A stretch of DNA of 63,895 bases, filler included, from Octopus bimaculoides (taxonomy: Eukaryota), in NCBI RefSeq assembly GCF_001194135.2. It is 5 parts of 5 records of this genome, joined end to end, with 100 filler letters (N's around TTAATTAATTAA, not from the genome) between each part and the next. Parts side by side here need not be neighbours in the genome. Positions count along the whole stretch, not along the records: positions 1 to 31,857 come from NC_068991.1; 4 more parts are not named here. One strand, 5' to 3'. The position numbers and the translations under genes were made by a program. Below, one piece after another: positions 11,301-22,800 of the stretch (position 1 is its first letter; every line of letters begins with the position of its first letter). The notes under the pieces were generated by a model. That model made no database searches. It saw only the letters and a program-made list of their open reading frames with translations, and was not told where the DNA came from.

Positions 11301-14300
11301 TAGGCACAAGTCCTGAATTTCAAAAGAGGGGACTAGTCAATTACATTGACTCCAAAAGATGAAAGGCAAAGTGGAATTTCAATTTTGAATGTATTGACAG
11401 ACAAAATACTGCTAAGTATTGAATTCCAGGGTTATATTTTTTTTAAGAAGGGCTGCATTAAGTATTTAACGCACAATATATGCAAGATGTTGTAAAGGTA
11501 GTAGGAGGAGAGATAAATGTATCAGAGTAGGAGTGGAGATTCTGACCCAAGTTTGCATTATTTTCTATAAACAAATCAACAGTGATGTGATTGAAAGATC
11601 TCACTTTAAAAGTTCATTAATGTTTTATATATATATACTAGACTACCTGTGACCCATTGGGTCACTGACGGCTCAGGTTATAAAACATTGAAGCTGATTT
11701 TCAACATAGCATTGAAATGAAAGTTAATTTTATGATGATTCAGTTAAATATTTCAATTCGTTTGTGTCATCATAGGACTGGTTTACAAGTTCATGTTTAA
11801 GGTTTTATTGATTATTTACAGCATCTAATAGAAATAAAATGTCCAGGATGAACTTGAACTCCAGTAACAGCATTTATTTATGGCTTATGTGCATACTTCT
11901 ACAAAAATGCAAAAGGAATTGTTATATAACATAAACATAAAATTAATGGAAACAATTTTCACAGTATTATATATCCCCGTTTCAGGGTTATGTTACTTTC
12001 GGAGTATTTTCCCATTATGCGCCATTTTAGCTATTTATGAAGGTACCCCAAAATAAACATATATCTTGGAAATCCATGATCCGATTAACTAGAAACTTGT
12101 TTTATTCCATTTGTGTTCACATTTCAGGGGTACCTTACCTTCAGAGTATTTTCCCATTATGCGCCAGTTTGGCTGTAATGAATTACAGACAAGCACGCAC
12201 ACAAGCAAGCAAACAGTCTCAGTTTTAGTAGTATATAGATATGTATGTGTGTGTTGTAATGAGCTGTGCTATTATTAGTGTTTTTTTCTCTTTGGCTTGT
12301 ACAAATGTCTTCTCCTATAGCCCTGGTCCAACCAATGCCTTGTGAGTAGATTTAATAGATGGACACTGAAAGGAGCCTTACTTGGAATAAGCAAGGGTTG
12401 GTGATGGGAAGAGCATCCTGCCATAGAGAATGCATCACATCAAATTCCATCCAGCCCATGCAATCACAGAAAAGTGGACATTCAAATGATGTTAATGATA
12501 TCTATTATAATAATCCGTGCCATTGTTATTGTTTGTTTTTAAGTTATGTATCTGACTGTTGTAACAATTTGTGTTATTCTTCTTCTTTGTGTATGCATCT
12601 CTTATAATGTACTATTCTTGTTTTGTTTTCTTCTCAAGGTTGGCTTGTGGATCGATGCTGGCAGCAGATTTGAAAACGACAGCAATAATGGTGTGGCACA
12701 TTTCTTGGAGCATATGATATTCAAAGGAACATCAAAACGTTCCCAAACTAGTCTGGAGCTTGAAGTTGAAAACATGGGTGCCCATCTGAATGCCTACACT
12801 TCTCGTGAACAGACAGTCTATTATGCCAAGTGCTTCAGTAAAGATTTACCACAAGGTTATTATTATTATTAATATTAAGACAGTGAGCTGGCAGAATCGT
12901 TAGCATGCCAGGCAAAATGCTTAGCAACATTTCATCCATCTTTATATTCTGGGTTCAAAATCTGCCAGGGTCGACTTTGCCTTCCATCCTTCCAAGGTCA
13001 ATAAGTACTAGTGAAACACTGGGATTGATGTAATCAACTAGCCCCCTCTCCCCAAATTTCAGGCCTTGTGCCTTCAGTAGAAAGGATTGTTATTATTATT
13101 AACATTAGGGCGGTAAGCTGCCAGAATAACTAGCACCCCAAGCAAAATGCTTTGCGGCATTTGGTCTGGCCTTATGTTGTGAATTCAGATTCCACCAAGG
13201 TTGACTTGGCCTTTCGTCCTTTCGGGGTCAATAAAATAAGTACCAGTTTAGTACTGGGGTTGATGTAATCGACTTATCCCCTTCTTTGAATTTGCTGGCC
13301 TTGTACCAAAATTTGAAACCATTATTATTATTAGCAGCAGCAGCAGCAGCAAGCTGGCAAAACCATTAGCATTATGGGCAGAATGCTTAGTGGCGTTTCA
13401 TCTGTTTTACATTCTGAGTTCAAATTCCACCGAGGTTGCCTTTGCTTTTCATCCTTTTAGGGTCCATAAAATAAGTACCAGTTGAAAACTGAGCTCAATG
13501 AAATTGATATATATATATATATATATGATGGGCTTCTTTCAGTTTATCTATACTAAATCTGCTCACAAGGCTTTCTACTATAGCCTGGGGGTCTAATAGA
13601 AGACACTTACCTGAAGTGCCACATAGTGGGAATGCACTGAAGCCTACATGGTTAGGAAGCAAGCCTCTTGACCACACAGCTATACCTGCTCAAGGATTAA
13701 ATTATTCAGCATAGTAAGCCATTATTTAGATGGTGGGGTGAGGATTAAGGGAGATTTCACTGCTATTCCTAGCAGCTGAAATGACTGCTTCAAGGCTCTG
13801 ATATCTCCTTGTAACCTACCCTGCCTGATACTAAGATCTTTTCTTCCACTTAGCCTAATATCACCTTCATTCATACACTTCAGCAACCCCAATGTTTTCT
13901 TGCTCTTACATGGACTTTGGTTATTTCTGATTACAGCTCTTGACATTCTTTCGGATATCATACAAAATAGCACTCTAGGTGAACAGGAAATTGAACGTGA
14001 GCGTGGAGTCATCCTTCGGGAAATGCAGGTCAGTGTGTCTTTGGTCATTCTCCAAATTACATCATCTCTCTTTCTCTATATCCCTTTGAAATTTCTGTCC
14101 TCTTTTTCATCATCATTTAACGTCTGTATGTTGAACAGTTTGACAGGATCCGATAGATCAAAGGACTGCATTGGGATCCAATATCCTCTATGGCTGGATG
14201 CCCTGCCTAATGCCAAGTTCTTCACATAGAGTGTACTGAGTGCTTTTTCATGTCTCTAGCTCTAGTGAAGTTACCAAGTAACTCACAAGACAAGATACCT

Positions 14301-14514
14301 TGATTGTGAGTAATAGTAAGAGGAAGTGGTTTATGCCAGGAGCTGAGAGGTAAGATTGTGATAGAGGGATAAAAATGGTGCATTGCTGAAGAGTAGTGTT
14401 TCTCAACCTTTTTACCCTTGCATAACCCTTAAAAAAATTACATATCTCAAGGAACCCCTGCACAAAAAAATTATACACCATATCTTTCTTATCATAGTTC
14501 ACGTGGTAAATATC

Positions 14515-14571
<57 letters not shown>

Positions 14572-17500
14572 GTCCATAAATTACAGACATCACTAAATAT
14601 ATCCCCAATGGTTGTTATATTTTTTTGATAACATGATAGGTTAGATAGGGTGATGTCTATATTACAATAACCAATAATATGTTGTGCATGTATAGTAATA
14701 TTACAATCATGAAATTAGCATTAGCTTATCTCACTCTCTTCTCACGGAACCCCTAGGTTTCCGGGGAACCTCAATTGAGAAACACTACTGTAGAGATATG
14801 TGGCTACCCCACAGGGAAAAGAGGGAAGAAGATGGAGATGATATTATTTCTTTCTCATCCCCTCTCTTCCCTTCTCTCTCACACATTCAACCCTACCATC
14901 TTATATCCCATCTAATTTTATAAACACTTCTCTAATTCTATTCCAATTTCGTATTTTCCCAGTTGAGGTTTATAGCTGTATGTTATCACACTTCTGTTAG
15001 CAGTCATCATCATCATTTAATGTCCACTTTTCCGTCCTTGCATGGGTTAGACAAAATTTCTTGAGGCAGATTTTCTACAGCTGGATGCCCTTCCCGCCAC
15101 CAGCCCTTGCCTTTTTCCAAGCAAGGTAGCATTTCCCCCTAGCCTGATATGTTTTCCATGGAAGACTGGAAGCAAACAGCCTCACTTGTATGATGGTTAT
15201 ACTTGTTTACAACCATCACATGATGTTAAGATAAGAATGCACACAAACACTCACATGCATATTCACATGACAGGCTTCTTTCAATTTCCTCCTATCAAAC
15301 CCACTGACAAGTTTTGATCAGCCCAGGGCTATAGTAAAAGACAACCGCCCAAGTTGTTGCACAGTGGGAATGAACCCAAGACCAGATGGCTGGGAAGCAA
15401 GCTTGACCACACAGCCACACCAGCATCTAAAGATGACTGGATAATATAATACAGATCTCAGTTATCCATATTGTCATTTTATGTCTGTTTTCCATGCTGG
15501 TATGGGTTAGATGGCCCTCTAATCTATGGCATAGATTAGAGGGCCACATCTTGCTCAGACGTTTTGGTCTGAGCACAGTCTTCGGCTGGAAGTGTTTTCT
15601 AACAACAACCACTTTACAGAGTGTACCACAGTGGTTCTCAACCATTTTTTTGCCTTTGGACTCCTTTGATTCCTGTTCTATTCTACTGGACTGCCATAAC
15701 CATTTGGTGTGTATAAAAAACATCTTACTGTATTTTTATAATTCAATATTTTCAAGAATTTAATAACAAAAATGTATTGTAGAACATAAGCAATTTATTG
15801 CACATAAATATTTTAACAATGAATTCTTATGTGGACACCCAAGGGGTGTATGGACCCCAGTTGAGAACCACTAGTGTACTGGTGCATTTTTCCATAGCAT
15901 TAACACTAAAGATGTTATCATGTCCTCAGTGTCCTTCCAACCCTATGGTATCTCTTGTCGATTCACCTACAAAGCATGAAGTGATTTAATTCCTGTTTGT
16001 TTTCGCTTGTGTTTTAGGAAGTTGAGACTAATCTCCAAGAAGTTATATTTGACCATCTTCATTCAATAGCTTACCAAGGTACACCTCTTGGCCGTACAAT
16101 CTTAGGACCCACTGAGAATATTAAGTAAGCAAGCTGATATTTCTACTTATCTATGTTTCATAGCTTATTTGAGATAGATTAGTTTTAACAGCTTATCTGA
16201 CAGAGATTGAAATCCATCTACCACCACAACACCCCCACCATTGGCAGCAGTTTAATGTTAACTGACAAAGTTTTTGTCTAAGATTGCGCACCAACATACC
16301 TTGACAACCATCTTGCTCTGTGTACCGTGACACATTGTCATCAAAAAGCCTGTGCTACAATCGTGTGTGTGTATGTTTAAAAGTACTCATAAAAAATACT
16401 TGATACAATCTCAATGTTTAAAGAAAGATTTTTTTTTTTTTTAAAGTTATTAACAATTTAAAAAGACAATGTCACAAACTTTTGGGGGAAGTTTTCCTAT
16501 AGTGTGTGTTTTGTGTGTAAGTGCTTTCATTGTTCAGAACAACAAAAGCTCTTACACTATACAAAAACTTCTTCCACAAACGTTTGTGATATTCTTTTCA
16601 GCTAATAGTCAATAACTTTTAGAAAATCTTTCAGTGTGTATGATGAAGCTATAAGGTGATACTCCAGCATTCAACTATGAGTGCATGGCATCATATAGCA
16701 GAAACAGCTGTAAGCTAATGAAGTCCGTAATATTAATTGTTTATTCCTTTGTCATTTCAATTTCTTTATTACCACTCTATACTCAACAGATGCTTCATTT
16801 TGAAGTATATCTGAGTCCAGGTGATTAGCATGACAATGCCTATGCATTGATAGTGGCATAGAATACATTACCTCAAATCTTGTTCCTGTTAATTGATTTA
16901 ATGGTTATTTTCTTTTGATTTCTTTTCATTTTCTGAAGGACTATTAACCGCAATGACCTCAAAGAATATATTTCCACTCATTATAAGGGTCCACGTATTG
17001 TCCTGGCCGCTGCTGGTGGTAAGTAACACTTTTCTTCTCGGCTGTTCTTGTTTTTTAACCGACTGCTGTTATTACATATAACTGGGGCACTAGAATATTT
17101 AATTCATTAATTTAGCAGTGTCTTCTGAAGTGGTGCAGGTTGTGATATGGTGTAGAGACACTCACTAATGACTGTAAGACAATACACATCCTCATCATTT
17201 CATATCCACTTTTCCATGCTTGCATGGGTCAAACGGAATTTGTTGAGGCAGTTTTTCTTTGGCCAGATGCCCTTCGTATTGCTAACCCTCACCTGTTTCC
17301 AAGCAAAGTAATGTTTCTCATTGCTTGACATGTTTTTCACAGAAGATTTGAAAAGAATACCCTTCCTTGTATGTTAATGATGCTCATTTTCAAGTCACAT
17401 GATATGTAGACAAGTGTAAACACAAACACACACGCATACATAACGTGTGTGTGTGTGTACCACAAACATGCATACATGACAGGCATCTTTCTACCAAATC

Positions 17501-19732
17501 ACTCACAAGGTTTTGGTCAAGCCACACCACTGATCAATCAATTAATCAATTTTATTTCAATAAAGAAAAGTTTTAATTAGATTTATGATTTCTGTAATTA
17601 ATTTTTTTATAGAAGTTCATTTAAAACTATACTAGTAATACTTTGCTACAATATTTCCATATTTTTTGTGCAATAAATATAGTGTAATGTTGAAAACATT
17701 TTTATTTTCATATTCACTTTTATCTCTACCACATTCAGTCACTCTCTCCATAGAAAAAAAACACTAAATTTACTGTTACAGTCTTCTATAATGTGATAAA
17801 AATATTTGTACATGAATGTAACAGTGATGCCGTTCGTTTCCACTCAAATGTGAAAATCATGTCTTGAGAAGACCCGTCAAAGCCAAGTGAGATCATAGTG
17901 GGTGTTTTTTACGTGATATAGGTGTCATTGACCTGATACCAGCATTGGCCACGATTACGGTCTCACTTGGCTTAACAGGTCTACACAAGTATGGTATATC
18001 GCCAAAGGTCTTGGTTACCTGTCACTGCCTCCAACCATAAGGTCCAACACTTGAATGGTGCTTTTTACATTCCACCAGCACAGGTGCCAGACAGACAGCA
18101 TGGACATCGGCTACGACTATGATTTCACTCGGTTCAACAGGTCTTCACAAGCACAACATATCACCCAACGATTGAAATAGGTGAGGGTTGGTGACAGGAA
18201 AGGCATGCTGCTGTACAAAATCTGCCTCAACACATTTCACCCCACTCACATGGATTCCTCTTATAGCCACTGTATACTCTGCAGATTTGGTTCTTGGTAA
18301 AGATTTCAGAGGTGTAAGTTCACACCATTTGAGCACTACTAAGTGTGTTTTCTATATTGGGCATCTCTGGATCTCATTTGTTGACTCTATATGTGTGTGT
18401 GTGTGTTCGAATTGTTATATTGATGTTTTTGTTTATCTTGTAGGTGTGAACCATGACAATCTGGTCAAGCTATCTGAGCAGTATTTTGGCAACATTACTG
18501 CTGGTTATGATTCAGAAATCCCCATCAGTGCACCTTGCCGCTTTACTGGCTGTGATGTAGGTATATCTCCTCATAATAAACAACTAAACAATCATTATCA
18601 TCATCATCCACTTTCCTAGCTGGCATGGGTTGGTCAGAAAACTGATTTGGCTAGGTTTCTACGGCTGGATGCCTTTCCTAACGCCAACCACTCCAAGAGT
18701 GTAGTGGGTGTTTTTTATGTGGCATGGGTGCCATTGACCTGATACCGGCATCAGCCACAATTACGGTCTCACTTGGCTTAGCAGGTCTACACAAGCATGG
18801 TATATTGCCAAAGGTCTTGGTTACCTGTCACTGCCTCTATAATGTCCAACGCTTGAATGGTGCTTTTTACATGCCACCAGCACAGGTGCCAGTCAGATGG
18901 CACTGGCACTGGCCACGACTATGATTTCACTTGGTTCAACAGGTCTTCACAAGCACAACATATCACCCAACAATTGAAGGGTGCTTTTAATAGGTCAGTT
19001 ACAGGACACTAGCATCAACTATGACTATGATCTCACTTAGCTTTTTCGAGTGTTCTCAACCACGACTCATCTCCAAAGGTCTTGGTCACTTGTCATTGCC
19101 TCTGTGAGACCCAACATTCGAAGATTATTCTTCACCATAACCATTTTTAACATTTTGGGTTTTAAAAAATTTTTTTTTACCATGTCCATCTTCACCAGCA
19201 GACTTTTGCCTTACACTAGCCATTCCTTGCCATCCAATCTTGTGCTTCGCTAGTTTTAGCAAATCAATTTACATTTTCTTTAAGAAAGGGTATATTTGAT
19301 AATGTGGTCTTAGATATTCTATGTCTGAAAATAAAATATAAAAGACAGCAGGAATGTTGTTGACCTGCAATTAAACAAATACAACAGCAGTATCATGAAA
19401 CCTTTATTTGTCATAGCTGGTGTATGTATTATGTACCAGTTTTTGTATTTATGCATAAAGTACTTGTGTGTGTGTATTTATGCATAATATACCAGTGTGT
19501 ATATTTATGAAGAGGTGCTGGAAAGTTCCTGGCTTTAAGAGTATCATGAAAGGCCTAGTTGGTGGTCCAAAGTTCTGAGTTTTTTTTTTTTTTTTTTTTA
19601 CAGGGCTTAGAAAAACTAAAGGACCACTTCAATAAGTGTGTGAATCTGAGAGGGGAATATGTTAAATAAGAGCATAACTGATCATCCCATACTTTCTTCT
19701 ACCCAAAGCCAGGAACTTTTCGGCACCCCCTC

Positions 19733-19807
<75 letters not shown>

Positions 19808-22800
19808 GGACCAAAGTGTGTTTGTGTATTTATGCATAATTACCAGTGTGTGTGCATGTTTATACATAACATATCAGTAAGTTTATGTTTAACTTTGATT
19901 TCTTCACAGATTCGTGTACGTGATGACGACATGCCATTGGCTCATATTGCTTTGGCAGTGGAAGGATGTGGCTGGAGTAATGCAGACAATATTGCTTTAA
20001 TGGTGGCCAACACTCTGATTGGTAGCTGGGATCGCAGTCATGGCGGTGGTGCCAATTTGGCCGGGCGTTTAGCTAGCAATTCTGCCAGAGGCAACCTCTG
20101 CCACAGCTTCCAGGCCTTCAATACCTGTTACACAGACACCGGGATGTGGGGCATCTACTTTGTGTCAGAGAAACTTTCAATTGATGACATGATCTTCAAC
20201 ATACAGAATGAATGGTAAGTTGCTTTTCAGCATCAGCATCATCATCATCATTGCTGTTATTGTCTCCATGGCCAGATGAATAATTGGTTGGATTAGCACA
20301 CGGTGAAAATATATTGCAGAAATGATTAAGTGTATGTAGGACTGAAGAATGTTTTTTTAATACTTGATCCCTCTCTCTTTCTCTCTCTCTCTCTCTTTCT
20401 CTCCCCCTCTCTCTCTCTCTCTCATATTAGTTGTTAAAGAATGAGTGTTGTTTACAGTACACAATGACAACTGGGAATCCTTCTATTCTTCTACTTGTTT
20501 CAGTCATTTGAGTGCAGCCATGCTGGAGCACCACCTTTAGTTGAGCAAATCGACCCCAGGACTTACTTTTTGTAAGCCTAGTACTTATTCTATCGGTCTC
20601 TTTTGCCAAACTGCTAACTTACAGGGATGTAAATGCACCAGCATTGGTTGTCAAGCGATTTTAGGGACACGCACACACACATACTCATATATATATACAC
20701 GACAGGCTTCTTTTCAGTTTCCATCTACCAAATCCTCTCACAAGGCTTTGGTCAGCCTGAAGCTATAGCAGAAGACGCTTGTCCAAGGTGTTACACAGTG
20801 GGACTGAACCCAGAACCATGTGGTTGGTAAGCAAGCTACTTACCACACAGCCACTCTTGCACCTGGAAATTATTTTTTTTCTCCATAACCTCAACAACCA
20901 GTAAAATAATACTTTAGGGTGTAGTGTAGCTAGAAAGAATACATGAAAACTAGGATTTGACAGAAGTGCTTAAAGCAGAATCTGCTAATGGTATTCAAGG
21001 GTTGTTATATCTTCTGTCAGTGAGATTAGAGCCTTCATTAACAGGTCCATTTTGTTACAGTCAGATAATTACTTCTATTACCCAAATACCAACAAAGCCA
21101 AAGTTGTGAAACTATCTCTCCCCATTTTTCCTCACAGGATGCGTCTCTGTAGCAACGTGACTGACTTTGAAATTCAGAGGGCTAAGAATTTGTTGAAGAC
21201 AAACCTTCTCCTTCAGCTTGATGGTTCCACTCCTATATGTGAAGACATTGGCAGGTCAGTATTATTGTTGTTAAGTAACCTTTTTTGATTTGCATGTGTT
21301 TTTCCTGCTGAGTCAGGTTGTGTGATGATAGCCACCACTACTGCTATCGATGTATTTTCCGACATACAGATCAAATTCTTCAGAGCAAAATTTACACCTA
21401 CAATTATGTTAGTCGACTTAGACACCAAGACGACTTGGTGATGTGAAATGCAGCAGGTTTTGGATAAATAGCAACAATGCTTGAATATTTATACTAAATA
21501 TTATATTGCCTTGCATGCCAGAAAACATTGCACCCTACATTGATACCCCACACCTGTTTCCAGTCTAATAGGCTATAAAGCACATTACTGTTACGTCAGT
21601 TTTATTTAGTAATCAATAACTTTGAGGGTTAAGATATTGGACTACTGACCAACAAGTCCATGATCCAAAACCTTAACCTTCACATCCGTTCCAGTTTCTT
21701 TCACTGGCACTAGAACTGGTTCCACTCTTCATTCACAGCTGAGTGTTTGGCAGTAAGAGAGGTCATCCAATACAAACTGTAATTACTTGTGTGTAAATTG
21801 CTCTGCCCCCGAATTTAGTGTTTAATCTTGATACAAAATTTTTACATCTCATAGTTTTAGCTTATGTCACACCCCAGTTTTTTCAATGAAAATCAAGTAT
21901 AAAATATTTATACCCTAGTAAATATAGTGTACCTTCATTATCATTGCTTTACGTCCTCTTTTCCATGCTGGCATGAGTTGGGTGGATTTTTTTTTTTTCT
22001 CAAGCAGTATTCTACAACCAGTTCTCCTTTTAGTTGCCTCTTAAGACATGCAATGAAGCTGGGATTCAATAAGTACAGCAGTGTGGAAAATGGATGAAAA
22101 CAACAAAACTGAAATGAAGATCTCTCTATAAAGTACCTTAACTGACAAGCATTCAATATTTATTCTCCCCACACTGTATGACATTATCTATTGTACATTT
22201 GTAAATAGTTAGTCCTGTTGCAAAGCCTGGACAGGGAGGCTGATTGGCTGGTTGATTGATGAAATCTTCAGTGTTAATCATGTAACCCAATGGCTTATGA
22301 GACTAATTGTCATAACAACAATGTGTATCACTGCTAAATTTCATGGATTAACTTCAGTATTTTTGTCAGGAAGGTTGAGAGGATATTGGGTGTGGTGCTT
22401 AAGGGTACCATGCTACTAGTCTAAGATGGTCATGGATCCAAATTTTTTTTCACTCATTTAGGGATCAACTGAATGCTTTACTACAATGTATCATCCTCGT
22501 TCTTTCACAAGCCCTTACACATAGTTACATTGTCTCATTCACACTCAAACCTTCATTTGTACCTCTCTCTTTCTTTCTCTCTTTTCAGGCAAATGCTTTG
22601 TTATGGCCGAAGGATTCCATTACCAGAACTGGATGCAAGGATTGATGTAAGTCATTTCTACTACCCTCACTTTCACCCATCCATCCACAAACACTATCTC
22701 CACTCATCAGCCCTCTAAACACCATCAGTTCAATCCAAACAGTTTACCAACACAATCATCTGTATATTTTTAAACTCTCAAAAGCTTGTCATTATTGTAA

